A DNA stretch of 64,000 nt, taken from Heteronotia binoei (lineage: Eukaryota). Positions within the stretch are counted from its first letter, which is position 1, and every line of letters starts with the position of its first letter. A model generated the notes under the pieces. It saw only the letters and a program-made list of their open reading frames with translations, ran no database searches and had not been told where the DNA came from. Where the stretch lies: NCBI RefSeq assembly GCF_032191835.1, contig NC_083237.1, positions 18,600,001 to 18,664,000 of the forward strand, read 5' to 3'. The position numbers and the translations under genes were made by a program. Below, piece by piece: positions 21,454 through 33,529 of this stretch.

Positions 21454-21661
21454 CAGGGGTGGCCAAACTTGCTTAACCTAAGAGCCACATAGAATAAATG
21501 TCAGAAGAAGGGAGGGAGGGAGGGGGGGAGGGAGGGAGGAAGGAACTTTAACTTTAAATGCCTTCTCCAAGTTGGCTGATAGGCAGTGGGGGCTTCCAGA
21601 GCTGCACAATATGTTTGAAAGAGCCACATGCGGCTTCTGAGCCACAGTTTGACCACCTCTG
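21454..21661. mobile_element. hAT MITE (CAGGGGTGGCCAAACT family)
   Basis: TIRs plus TSD CTCTATTT/CTCTATAT. Confidence 0.85.
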
Positions 21662-21748
21662 CTCTATATATTCTTAAAAGAATTAACATCCCCTTTGCAA
21701 AGCTGTCCACCCGGTAGCAACTCTTTCTCCTACCCTCCTACTTTAGTG

Positions 21749-21985
21749 TAGAGCCAGCCTGGTGCAGTGGCTGAGAGTAACGGACTCTAATCTGGGAGAA
21801 CTGGATTTGATTCCCCACTGCTGCTCCACATGTAGCCAGCTAGGTGACCTTGAGTCGGTCACAGCTCTCTCAAGAGCAGTTCTCAAAGAGCTCTCTCAGC
21901 CCCGCCTACCTCTCAGGGTGTTTGTTGTGGGAAAGGGAAGGGAAAGGAGATTGTAAGCTGCTCTGAGGCTTCAAGTAAAGGGTAG
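21749..21985 (+). mobile_element. Squam3-like SINE, older variant
   Basis: A and B boxes and the same core, more diverged. Confidence 0.7.
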
Positions 21986-21989
21986 AGTT

Positions 21990-22371
21990 TAGGGATGGGC
22001 ATGAACCGGGGGAAAGGCTGGTTAATTTCATTTTGCGGTTCGTTGATGTCACTAACCAAATGAAAACGAACCAACAAAAAACCCACAAATCCCTGAAGAA
22101 TTCATGTTTGGGGGATTTGTGGTTCATTATGGTTCCCTTCTGCAGGTCAAGAGCTCTCCACTGTATCCTATGGGCCCATAGGATATGATGGAGAGATCTC
22201 TCCCCAATCTTTCTTGGCAGGCTGGCTGCGGAAGTGAATAAAGATCGAGGAGACCTCTTCCCAACTCGGGCTCTGCTGGGGTGCCCAGTTGAAACCGGGC
22301 AGCCCAGCAGAGCTTGCAAAGCAGCCGATCCTGCAGGGAGAGGTTTGTGGTTCAGTTCGTGCCCATCATTA
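21990..22371. mobile_element. MITE with TAGGGATGGGCA termini (hAT-like)
   Basis: TAGGGATGGGCATGAACC / GGTTCAGTTCGTGCCCATCATTA. Confidence 0.6.
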
Positions 22372-22518
22372 ATGAAGTTCAAATCCAACACTTCTCCTCC
22401 TCCTCACACATTCATTTGACCATCATGCTCCTGTTGCATCACAACCTTAAACATCAGGGATGCATTATTCCCACTGGGAGGAGGAGAAGGCCATGCCCTG
22501 CACTCGAGTCCTATGTAA

Positions 22519-22712
22519 ATAGGGTTGCCAGCATCCTAGTGGGGCCCAGAGATCTCCCAGAGCTACAACTGATCTCCAGACCACAAAGATCAGTTCATCT
22601 GAGACAAAATGGCAGCTTCAGAGAGTAGACTGGTTTTATAACTCTCTGAGGCTCCTCCCAACTATCCCCGGTCTCCATTCCCCAATACTCCAGGATTTTC
22701 CCGACTCAGCTG
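22519..22712. mobile_element. MITE with TAGGGTTGCCA termini
   Basis: TAGGGTTGCCAG ... CTGGCAAAC; related sequence at 41668-41843. Confidence 0.6.
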
Positions 22713-22719
22713 GCAAACA

Positions 22720-23010
22720 GAGAGCCAGTTTGGTGTAGTGGTTAAGTGCCCAGACTCTTATCTGGGACTCTGGGAGAACCGGGTTTGATTTCCCACTCCT
22801 CCACTTGCAGCTGCTGGAATGGCCTTGGGTCAGCCATAGCTCTCGCAGAGGTTGTCCTTGAAAGGGCAGCTGCTATGAGAGCCTTCTCAGCCCCACCTAC
22901 CTCACAGGGTGGTTGTTGTGGGGGGGGGGAAGGTAGAGGAGATTGCGACCGCTCTGAGACTCTGAGATTCAGAGTATAGGGCAGGATATAAATCCACTAT
23001 CATCATCATC
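22720..23010 (+). mobile_element. Squam3-like SINE
   Basis: Full head and core, (CAT)n tail. Confidence 0.85.
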
Positions 23011-24518
23011 AACCCTAGGGTTACTCTAGGGTGTTTGGAATACAGAAACGCTTTATGAGTATGGACTGTTAGCCATATTTGGAGATAAAAGAAAGAGGAA
23101 AGACTTGGACTTAGAGCCTCACCATGAGAAGGCAATTTTCTCCACTTCTCCTTCCTACTACAGGCCCCTCTTCTCCTCTCAACTGTCCAAAGGGGTTCCA
23201 AGACCACTGGGGCTGCAGCAAGAGGAGGGCAGGAAAATTCACTTACATAAGTTTATTTCCATTTGTACCAGAGAACAGTTGGATCCACACAGGTTTCTCA
23301 CTCTGTCTCACTCAAGTCCCCTCCTTTCCACAGTCCCTATGCCACAAGACTTATATTCATATTAGTCCTATGATCCCCAGCATAGCCTTTTCTTGATGGT
23401 TAAAGGCATCTGTCCTTCCTGTTTCAACCACAGAAAAGCTGCATGGATCTAAACCTCAGTGTCCATTTGTAGCTGAGAGCCATCCTCATAAACAGAATGA
23501 CCTTCGTCCCTTTTCAGCCTCTGTCCTTTAGAGACCAGCTAAGCATCTAGCCCAGGTAGCTCCCTAATATCCCCATTTTCTATGTACTAGAAAGTATTCT
23601 TGTTGCTGTTTTGATTCTGTGGAGGTAGGTCTTTCCTCGACAGACCTATCAACAGGAGACTCTCCATGTTTACCAAACACAACTTTCTGGAAGGAAAAAC
23701 AGATTACTCATGGCAATTGTCTGCATATCTTAATAAAAGGAAGCTAAGCTGTCTTCAGAGTATAGGCCTCTAATGCCAAGGGACCATTTCCCACGGGACA
23801 CCAATAATTTATCAGTAATGTTTCAGTTTGTTCTCTCACTTCCCACCCAGCCAGCCCCATGACCAAAGCTATAAGTAAACATCACTGTCAGACCAACATC
23901 CATTTTCCCAAAATTTGGTCTACCGCTTCTGATGAAGTTTTTGCTGGGCAAAGAAGCATTTTGAACACTGCTGAGGAACATAAATAGGGATCTTAAGAAG
24001 ATAACAAACATCAGGATGGAACCATGAAGGGGTGGATTCAAGAGAACATTGCCTGAATTCAGTAGATGTGGGCTTCATCGAGAAATTATGGAAGACTATT
24101 ATAAAAGTACGTCTGTATTGGAAAAGGGTGTCTGATGTACAAAGAAGAGAAGGCCCTGCAGAGGGCAGCAAGAAGACAATTAGATAGGATAATGAGGTCA
24201 GCATCATCTCTTCTTTTAAGTGTTATTCTTTCTCTGTCTCCAGATTGCTACTTTTAGGACAAGTTTGATGCTCAGTTAGACCTGACTTTGATAGCCCAGG
24301 CTATCATCAGATCTCAGAAGGTAAGCAGGGTCAACCTGGGCTAATATTTGGATTACCACCTCTGAAACATCTCTTGCCTTCAAAAAAAGTCTAGCTCACC
24401 ACCTCCAAAAGAGCTAGAACTTGTGGCTACCAGACAGCCTTAGGATCTCCTGGCTATACTACCCACACTGCCATATGACAATTATTAATTATTCTCAGCT
24501 AGAAATATAGTTAGGAAC

Positions 24519-24712
24519 TAATGCTCCCTCTACGCTGTGGAGTCTTGTGAGCAAAACTTCTGCTTTGTGAGCTACTGGCATTAAAGTTGTAAGCTACTGC
24601 ACAAATTATTTTGCTCTGGAGCCATTTTTCTTGAGTTAAGACAAAAATGTGTGAGCCGGAGGCTAAAAAACTGTGAGCTAGCTCACACTCACTCAGCCTT
24701 AGAGGGAACAGG
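24519..24712. mobile_element. hAT MITE (CAGTGTTCCCTCTAAG family)
   Basis: Same internal sequence as the other copies, degenerate TIRs. Confidence 0.75.
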
Positions 24713-25178
24713 AACCTATCTTTATCTCTCTTCTTTCTTGTGAAATATGTTAATTCCTACATAAACCTTTATCTACACTTTAATCAGGTTGTGCACCCGT
24801 TGCTGTGTTAATTCCCCTGCCGACTGTCTGAAGAGAGACTAGAAGGAAGAGTTCATGTTATGCATCTGTGATTCTTCGCTGGTTTAATTGACTTTAAGTA
24901 AATTAAACCATGATTAATGTTTTATTGATTTTACCTAAATTAAACCTTGTTAACCAGTTTAACTAAACTGACTGTTTTCTTCCGGTCAGATCTATCTTAT
25001 GGGGTTCATCATGCTGGCTTGCCCTGACTTACATGGTCCAAGCTAGCCTGAATCAGGATCGGCCCTGGTTAGAACTTGGATGGGAGACGGTAAACTCTAT
25101 GCAAAGGCAGGCAATGATTTTTTTTTTAATCTGTATTCAGAGTAATCTGTATGGCACCTAAAACATTTTAGAAAAAGC

Positions 25179-25403
25179 CAGGGCTTTTTTTAAAAAAAAT
25201 AAAAATAAAAATAAAAATAAAGCAGGAACTCACAGGAACGCAGTTCCGGCTGGTTTGGTGTCAGGGGGCATGGCCTAATATGCAAATAAGTTCCTGCTGA
25301 GCTTTTTCTACAAAAATCCCTGCGCAGAACGCTGGTGACATCAGGGGTTGTGGCTGAATATGCAAATGATTCCTGCTGGGCTTTTTCTACAAAAGAAGCA
25401 CTG
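25179..25403. mobile_element. hAT MITE
   Basis: CAGGGCTTTTTTT terminus and two CTAATATGCAAAT-type arms. Confidence 0.65.
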
Positions 25404-25408
25404 GAAAA

Positions 25409-25680
25409 AGAGCCGGTTTGGTGTAGTGGTTAAGTGTGCGGACTCTTATCTGGGAGAACCAGGTTTGATTCCCCACTCCTCCACTTGCACCTGCTGGAAT
25501 GGCCTTGGGTCAGCCATAGCTCTGGCAGAGGTTGTCCTTGAAAGGGCAGCTGCTGTGAGAGCCCTCTCCAGCCCCACCCACCTCACAGGGTGACTGTTGT
25601 GGGGGAGGAAGGTAAAGGAGATTGTGAGCCGCTCTGAGACTCTTCGGAGTGAAGGGCGGGATATAAATCCAATATCTTCT
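25409..25680 (+). mobile_element. Squam3-like SINE
   Basis: Full-length match to the family. Confidence 0.85.
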
Positions 25681-26029
25681 TAATTGGGACTTTGGTTTTA
25701 TCACAACATAGGTGAGTTTTATTACATAAGAGGGGTTCCCTCCCCCCACCACCACCAAAAAATATATATAATTTTATGTAATAAAATTCACCTATGTTGT
25801 GGAAGTTGTATATTCTAGCTTAGCCTCACTGGCATTATTTTGGCCTTCAGTCAGCCAAGACATGAAAAAAAATTAACATATGCAATATAGGAAGGGAATG
25901 GTTCCCAGCCAGGTTCAAAAACATAATATGCAAGACGATGTGACCTCAAGTTACTCTTCAGGCTTCACAGTGCATCGCTACTCAGTGGAGCAGTTGTTTC
26001 TGCAGAAAATTCACGCTATTAGTCACAGT

Positions 26030-26248
26030 ATATATATGTGTGTGTGTATATATGTATGTGTGTATATTTGTGTGTGTGTATATATACACACACACACACA
26101 TATATTGGCCACTGTGTGACACAGAGTGTTGGACTGGATGGGCCACTGGCCTGATCCAACATGGCTTCTCTTATGTTCTTATGTGACACAGAGTGTTGGA
26201 CTGAATGGGCCATTGGCCTGATCCAACATGGCTTCTCTTATGTTCTTA
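26030..26248 (+). repeat. (GT/AT)n-(AC)n microsatellite followed by a tandemly duplicated CR1 3' tip
   Basis: Two consecutive ~66-bp copies of GTGACACAGAGTGTTGGACTG...GGCTTCTCTTATGTTCTT. Confidence 0.85.
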
Positions 26249-26396
26249 AGTTCTTATGAGATCTGAAAACACAGGAGGACTGTTCTCCTTCCCTAACCGA
26301 ATGGCATGTCTCTTTAATATTTCTTTTTCTAGGGATACAAATAACAGGCAATAAAAGTGTGTCGTATGTAATGCTAGTTTGCTTATCTATTTCTAG

Positions 26397-27359
26397 ATGG
26401 AGCTAGTCAATGGGACGAGAGTTCAGGAATTCATTTTGCTGGGATTTGAGCTTGGGCAGCAGAAGCGTTTCCTCCTCCTCGTCTTCTTCAGCATTCTCTA
26501 TGTGTTGACATTGGCTGAGAACTTCACCATCATCACACTGGTGGTTGTGGACACCCACTTGTCCCGGTTTCCTATGTACATCCTGCTGAGCAACTTCTCC
26601 TGGCTGGAGATCTGTTACGTGAGCACCACTGTCCCCCGCATGCTCTTCGACCTGGCTTCCCTTCGTGGCATCATCTCCTTCCCTGCTTGCTTCCTCCAGT
26701 TCTACATCTTCTTCTCACTGGGCACAACAGAATGCTTCTTCCTCTCCGCCATGGCCTTGGACCGGTACTTGGCCATTTGTCACCCCTTGCGCTATCCCCA
26801 AATGATGTCCCCAGATTCTTGTTATGTTTTGGTAACTGCTTGCTGGCTCCTTGGATTCCTAGTATACGTCATCCCAGTCATTTTGATCTCCAATATGTCC
26901 TTCTGTGGCCCCAATGTTATTGACCATTTTTTGTGTGATCCTGGACCAATTCTGTCCCTGGCTTGTCCTCCATTAGCGAATGCTCCCATTGTCCTTCAGA
27001 CTGCCATGAATGTTGTTGTTTGCCTAGGCAATATGTTCTTTGTTGTGCTCTCCTACGGGGCTGTGATTCTCACCCTGATGAAAACCTCTTGCCAAAGTAA
27101 CCGAATGAAGTCTTTCTCCACCATATCTTTCCACTTACTGGTGGTGGCACTTTTCTATGGCCCCGTGGCAGGGTCTTATGTCGTCCCGGTTGGAGAAAGT
27201 GAGATGAAGGTCATTAAGGTGATAACCCTCTTCTACACTGCTGTGACACCATTTCTCAACCCCATGATCTATTGTCTGAGGAACGATCAGGTGAAGGAGG
27301 CACTGGGAAGGCTGTGGCAGAGAAAGACAATATTACTGGAGAGCAGAGTGACAGTGTAG
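26397..27359 (+). CDS. Olfactory receptor, OR11-family-like (320 aa)
   Basis: NGT, PMYILLSNFS, MALDRYLAICHPLRY, CDPGPILSLAC, NPMIYCLRN; intact ORF. Confidence 0.95.
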   Translation: MELVNGTRVQEFILLGFELGQQKRFLLLVFFSILYVLTLAENFTIITLVVVDTHLSRFPMYILLSNFSWLEICYVSTTVPRMLFDLASLRGIISFPACFLQFYIFFSLGTTECFFLSAMALDRYLAICHPLRYPQMMSPDSCYVLVTACWLLGFLVYVIPVILISNMSFCGPNVIDHFLCDPGPILSLACPPLANAPIVLQTAMNVVVCLGNMFFVVLSYGAVILTLMKTSCQSNRMKSFSTISFHLLVVALFYGPVAGSYVVPVGESEMKVIKVITLFYTAVTPFLNPMIYCLRNDQVKEALGRLWQRKTILLESRVTV

Positions 27360-27702
27360 AGAGGAGAGAAGAAGATAAGGAAGGAACACTCAGCTTACCA
27401 ACATTAATGTACTCATCATTGGACAAGAAGAGTTGTTGTGTTGTTTCTGTTTGGTTTCCTTTAAGATCATATTTAATGGAACATGATATTGTATCTCAAA
27501 ATTCATTTTACAGAAAACTGATTTATTTTTGATTTGGAGTTATTTTGTCAATTCTGCACAACTGACTTTTAGACTTTGTACTTTGTTTTCAACATTAGAT
27601 TGATCTTATCTATGTGAACTGTACGGACATGTTGTGGTTGTAATTGTGAGCATTAAATAAAATTTGGTTTTTTTAAAAAAAAAGAGTACCTTTCGCTGAT
27701 CA

Positions 27703-27880
27703 TAGATTCAGGTGGGTAGCCATGTTGGTCTGAAGCAATAGAACGAAGTTTGAGTCCAAACTTTGAAGACCAATAAGTTTAATTCTGGATATAAGCTTCC
27801 GTGTGCACACACACTGTATCTGAAGAAGTGTGCTTGCACACAAACTTGTTGATCTTAAAAGTTCCACTAGACTCAAATGT
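27703..27880. mobile_element. Penelope-like end, inverted pair with hammerhead relics
   Basis: Plus strand CTGAAGAAGTGTGCTTGCACACAAAC at 27820; minus arm GTGCACACGGAAGCTTATATCC. Confidence 0.7.
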
Positions 27881-28239
27881 CCTATTTCTCTGACCAATAT
27901 TTCTTGGATTGCCAGTCAAAAAGCCTTCCAGTTAAGCTGGAGGAAGAGCCTAGCTTGTTGCTTTCTTGGAAATTCAAAGCTCCCACTCAAGAAATTTCTC
28001 TGATCACTTTGTGAACCAGAACCCAAATTTGTAAACATTTGAAATCCAATATTACCAAGAGCTCTCTGTTGTGCATTTCTTCTGTAATACTTAAAATGAG
28101 AGGCATGATCTATTCTTATACAGCAGCCTCAGCTGTATAGTATTTGGCATTCCATCAAATATATTCAGAAGAACTGTGTGCAGAAAGCAAGTTTTATTTG
28201 TTTTTCCCTCTAATTCTCTTGTAGGAAATAGGTCTGTTT

Positions 28240-28352
28240 GGATCAATATTGTTATGTTTTGATAACTGTTTGTTGGTTCCTTGGATGCCTAGTGTATGTC
28301 ATCCCAGTAATTTTGATCTCCGATATGTCCTTCTGCGGCCCCAATGTTATCC
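28240..28352 (+). pseudogene. Isolated OR fragment (TM4 to ECL2)
   Basis: CYVLITVCWFLGCLVYVIPVILISDMSFCGPNVI is closely similar to 26815-26925 of the second OR, with no OR sequence on either side. Confidence 0.85.
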
Positions 28353-28767
28353 AAATCAACCCTATCTCAGGTTTCTTGTTCAAGGTCTACCAGAAGAAAA
28401 GAAGCAAATCATTCCTCAAATCTTCCAGGAATTTTGAAGGATACGTGTAATACATATGTACCTAAGATCAATATAGGAGGAAGTGCAGCAACACATGAAT
28501 GACCTACTGATTCAATTTCCTCAGCAGCAAGGACATAGATGCTCCTTGAGCGGCACACCACAGTATCTCCCTTCCAATAAAGCAGATGGGAGAATATTGA
28601 GCCAAGTCGCGATGAAAGCTGCCATGTGTTTAGGAATCAACCAATTCACTAAATAATTTGACAACACCAGTTTCTTGTTCCTGGAAGTAATGGAATTGTG
28701 CAGGAGAACTTAAATGGTGTTGAAAGTTGATCCTTTACTTGATTTCAGATTTAGTTTGGAATAACCT

Positions 28768-30112
28768 GTGTTGAAGAAAACAACGTTAGATCCGACCGAA
28801 TTGGCACACAATCGGCCGGTATCGAATTTGCCCTTTTTGGGCAAACTTATAGAGAGGGCAGCGGCGTTGCAGCTACAGAGCTTCCTGGAGGATGCTTCTG
28901 TCCTTGACCCCTACCAGTCTGGTTTCCGCCCGGGCCACGGGACGGAGGTGCCTCAAGGGGCGGTTCTTTCCCCGATGTTATTTAACATCTATATGCGCCC
29001 CCTTGCCCAGATGGCCCGAGGGTATGGGCTGGGCTGCCATCAATATGCTGATGACACCCAGCTCTATCTGCTTATGGATGGCCGGCCCGCCTGCGCCCCA
29101 GAAAATCTGGACCGGGCGTTACAGGCAGTGGCTAGGTGGCTTAGGCTGAGCGGGCTGAAGCTGAACCCGGCGAAGACAGAGGTCCTTTGCTTGGGTCGCT
29201 GCGGCCCGGGAAGGGAAATCCCCCTGCCAGTTTTTGACGGCGCTCCGTTAACAGCGTCGGGCAGGGTTAAGAGCCTGGGGGTGCTGTTGGAGCCTTCGTT
29301 GACGATGGAGGCTCAGATAGCAGCCACTGCCAAGTCCGTTTTTTTTCATCTTAGGCGGGCGAGGCAGTTGGCCCCCTTCCTGGAACGTGACGACCTGGCA
29401 ACAGTGATTCATGCTACGGTCACCTCGAGGCTGGACTACTGTAATGCCCTCTACATGGGGCTACCCTTGTGCCGGACCCGGAAACTGCAGTTGGTGCAGA
29501 ACGCTGCTGCCCGGCTGTTACTAGGGCTCCCAAGACGGGAGCACATTCGGCCGGGGCTCCAGGGTCTGCACTGGCTGCCAGTAATATTCCGAGTCCGGTA
29601 CAAGGTGTTGGTCATTACCTTTAAAGCCCTATATGGCCTAGGACCTGCCTACCTTAGGGACCATCTCTCCCCACACGTTCCCCAGAGAGTACTACGCTCA
29701 GGTTCACAAAACCTGTTGGTAGTCCCTGGGCCAAAGGAGGCCCGTCTAAAATCCACCAGGGATCGGGCCTTCTCAATAACGGCACCTTATTGGTGGAACC
29801 AGCTGCCGGAAGAGGTGCGGGCCCTGCGGGATCTAGGGCAATTCCGCAGGGCCTGTAAGACAGTCCTCTTCCGGCAGGCCTATGACACTGACAATGAAAA
29901 ACATCTTGGATGGAACAAAATGTATCTATAGGCCGCCGATTTTATTCTATCTTTTATTCTATCTTGTTTTTATTAAATTATGGTTTAATTGTATTTTTAA
30001 ATGTTTAAACTGAAGTTGTTTGATTTATTATGTTGTAAGCCGCCCTGAGACACTTAGGTGAGAAGGGCGGGGTATAAATCTTAATATAAAATAAATAAAT
30101 AAATAAATAAAT
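28768..30112 (+). mobile_element. L2 LINE, 5'-truncated, with internal in-frame deletion
   Basis: RPVSNLPFLGKLIER, QYADDTQLY and LQLVQNAAARLL; the LDLSAAFD block is missing; (TAAA)n tail. Confidence 0.9.
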
Positions 30113-30539
30113 ATTAAGTTACTAGTAGAGTCTCCAATAGATCCAAGGGACCTTTTCCATTTTGACTGAAATGTGTCTGTTAAGTGTTAAAGGTGCAAGA
30201 ATATATGTATCAAATATTGTAATTGGCTTTTTTATTATTATGCTGCTGTGATTTTATTGTGATTTTGCTATTTATGTTGTGCTCTGCCCTGAGCCCCTAC
30301 GGGGGAATGGGTGGAATATAAATAAACAAATAATAATAGCAACAACAGGAGGGGGGAAACCCAAGCTTCAGCCAGGAATTAGTCCTGAGTATCCATGCAC
30401 AAGCTTCCAGAGAAATTAAACCCACTTCTACATGCAACACTGTACCAGGGACACAGCAGGGGGACTGTAAATATGGCTCTCAGGGATTTGGCCTGAATGG
30501 TTTCAAAGGGTCTAAAGCTGGCCATGATGTGGATAGCTT

Positions 30540-30690
30540 AGGCTAGCCCAGTTTCATCAGATCTTGGAAGCTAAGCAGGGTCAGCCAAGGTTAGTATTTG
30601 GAGGGGAGAAATCAAGGAAATCCAGGGCTGCTATGCAAAGGCAGGCGGTAGCAAAACCCCATAAATCAGCTGCAACTTGATGGCAAAAAA
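30540..30690 (+). mobile_element. 5S-derived SINE
   Basis: AGATCTTGGAAGCTAAGCAGGGTCAG...TTAGTATTTGG 5S-like head. Confidence 0.65.
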
Positions 30691-30776
30691 CAGCTGGCAG
30701 GTATACAACTGGGAGCCATATAGCAATTGTGTAATAACCTTGGCCATGGAAACACAGATAGCTGAAAGGACATACT

Positions 30777-30935
30777 CAGGGGTCCCTTTGTAGAAAAATA
30801 GGTGGTGGAGCTCACCCAGGGATTGTTATGCAGCTGCACCTACTATTCAAAGGACAAGGTGGGGAGGAGGAGGGGGAACCCTCAGAAAGGTTCAGGAGCT
30901 GTGCTCCTGTGAGCTCCTGCTGAATCCGAGGCCTG
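30777..30935. mobile_element. hAT MITE
   Basis: CAGG...CCTG termini with perfect TSD GACATACT. Confidence 0.75.
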
Positions 30936-31337
30936 GACATACTCACTTCCTCCGGTATAAATTATTTTTCTCAAAGCAGGGACACTTTTCTGGGCATTCC
31001 CAGACACATTCTTAATTTGAATAAGCAAATGGATCGATACAATTCCAGATTTGCAAACTGCACTCTTTTCAAAAATGAGAACATGACTCCTTTGTTGAGT
31101 CCAAAGCCCATGCCTTATAAGGCTCCATCTACACATTACAAAATGCTCATGTTTGTTGGGGAAGAACACAAGCCTTTGTATCAGACACTCTATGGGAGCT
31201 TTGTCCTCATGTTGTTTCCTCATTCTAGCCTTATCCTAGATACAGTGGCAGGAATATGGGGGGGGGGGGGTCGCTGTTGGCCTCATAACATTTTTGCTGA
31301 TTCCTAGAGAGGACTGACATCACTTACAGGGCAAAAA

Positions 31338-32005
31338 ATTGGCAAAGATGAATAACAAGATGCCAGACAGATGTTGGAAATGTAAAAAGCATGAAGGTTC
31401 TCGCTACCATATGTGGTGGACTTGTGAAAGAGCTAAAATGTTTTGGCAGATGATTCAGCAAGAGATTTCTAAGATCTTGGGATATGAGTTTAATAAAGCT
31501 GCAGAGACATTTTTGTTGGGATTACAAATGGAAAAAAATTCCAAAAGAAGATAGAACTTTAATCTGGTACTTGCTCTCAGCTGCTAGGACATTGTATGTG
31601 CAGTTGTGGAAGCAAGAAAAAATACCAGAGAAATGGGATTGGATTATAAAAGTTACGACATGGAGTGAAATGGACAAATTAACAAGAATATTAAGAGACT
31701 ATGATTTGGAAGTTTTTAAGACGGAGTGGAAAAAGTTTAGAAGATATGTAGAAAAAGAGTGGAAAATAAAAGGACATTGGACAATTTTTGATGATGATTA
31801 AGTTTTACAAAGAAGAATATAAATTTTTGTTTTAATAGTTAAGGGTACCTTTAAATATTTGCTTTTTAAGTAAATAACACTGGCGGAAGTCAAGTAATGG
31901 GAGGAGGGGTGGGTAGAAAGTAATATATGGGGTAGATAAAAGAAGTTTTTAAAGATGTAAGATATAGATTTATTACCATATGTTACCAATAAAATTGTTT
32001 TAAAT
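31338..32005 (+). mobile_element. L1-clade LINE 3' fragment
   Basis: CCHC finger DRCWKCKKHEGSRYHMWWTC and a frameshifted C-terminus ending W-x-I-F-D-D-D, followed by AATAAA. Confidence 0.8.
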
Positions 32006-32569
32006 TATAGAATTCCAGGGGTAGAGGGTTTCCGATGGAAACTGCCTGCTTTACTATACCAGGAGGAGCTAACCTGCCTCCTTCTGTTGATGCTGCTCAA
32101 CAGGGAGGCTTTCTCAAGGGTCACCAGATATTTATCAGTAGCATTCCACTTTGTTCTTCCCACATAGCCTCTCTATCTTCCCTCTCTTTGACCACATGAT
32201 CACCTAATGTTACAATTGGTCATCATCATCCAACAAAAGGAAAAACAACATATCTCCTCACAAGATTTGATCCCAAATTTATGATGAAGCTTTTACAGGA
32301 TGGAGCAGCATTTTAGACACTACTAAGGTACAGAAATGGGGGAAAGGTTGCAGAAAGCAGGATGGAACCCTGGAAGGATGGATTTGAATGGGTGTCACGT
32401 TCAATAAACAGATGTGAGCATCATCAGAGAAACTACAACACAGCATTACAAAGGTAAGGCTGTTGAAAGAGTGGAAGGGAGGGCTTATGACATACCTGTG
32501 ATTCTTCTTGGCATCCTAGATTTTAACAGTTAATAATAAAGGCAGGAGAGAAGGCAGCATGGTATAACC

Positions 32570-32997
32570 CAGGGGTGGCCAAACTTGCTCAACGTGAAAG
32601 CCACATAGTATAACCATCAGAAGTTTGAGAGCCACAAGANNNNNNNNNNNNNNNNNNNNNNNNNNNNNNNNNNNNNNNNNNNNNNNNNNNNNNNNNNNNN
32701 NNNNNNNNNNNNNNNNNNNNNNNNNNNNNNNNNNNNNNNNNNNNNNNNNNNNNNNNNNNNNNNNNNNNNNNNNNNNNNNNNNNNNNNNNNNNNNNNNNNN
32801 NNNNNNGAGGTGGAAAGAATGCAACTTCAGCTTTAAATGCATTCTCCAAGCCACCCGTTGGCTTGACTTGGAGAAGTGATTTAAAGAGACAAATGCCTTC
32901 TCCAATCTGGCTGACAGGGCAGTGGGGGCTTCAAGAGCCACACAATATGTGTAAAAGAGCCCCATGTGGCTTGCAAGCCACCATTTGGCCACCCCAG
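32570..32997. mobile_element. hAT MITE (CAGGGGTGGCCAAACT family) spanning a gap
   Basis: TIRs on both sides of the N run. Confidence 0.75.
32640..32806. other. Assembly gap, 167 N
   Basis: Run of N. Confidence 1.
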
Positions 32998-33329
32998 GTA
33001 CAGTCAGATCGTGGAAGCTAAGCACAGTTGGTACATGGAAAGCAGACCACCAAGGAAGGCTCTGCAGAGCTTGCAAAACATTTCTTTTCCAGCTTGCTTT
33101 CGAGATAGAACCCGATTAATCTGACGTGTGGACATCTAGCCATCTTGTGGATATTATGATTACAGTATTTTAGCACCCATTTTATACATTTTATCTATTC
33201 TAAATAATTTATTATGCAATTGATATATTTAAAATTGTTTACATTGTTTTATATGAATCATGGGATCTCCATGTCTGTTAGCCGCCCTGAGCCCGCCTCG
33301 GCGGGGGAGGGCGGGATATAAAAATAAAG

Positions 33330-33384
<55 letters not shown>

Positions 33385-33529
33385 GCAGAGGAAGGCAATG
33401 GCAAACCCCCTCTGATTCTTTCTTGCCTTGCTGGGGTTGCCATAATTCGGTGCAGACTTGATGACACATAAATAAGTAAAAATGAAGTCGAGGACAACCC
33501 ATTTTGTTGCCTTTTTATAGAGAGAGAGA

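Noticed and set aside
28768-29931. 387-aa ORF as a host gene
   Set aside because: It is L2 ORF2 sequence with an L2 tail.
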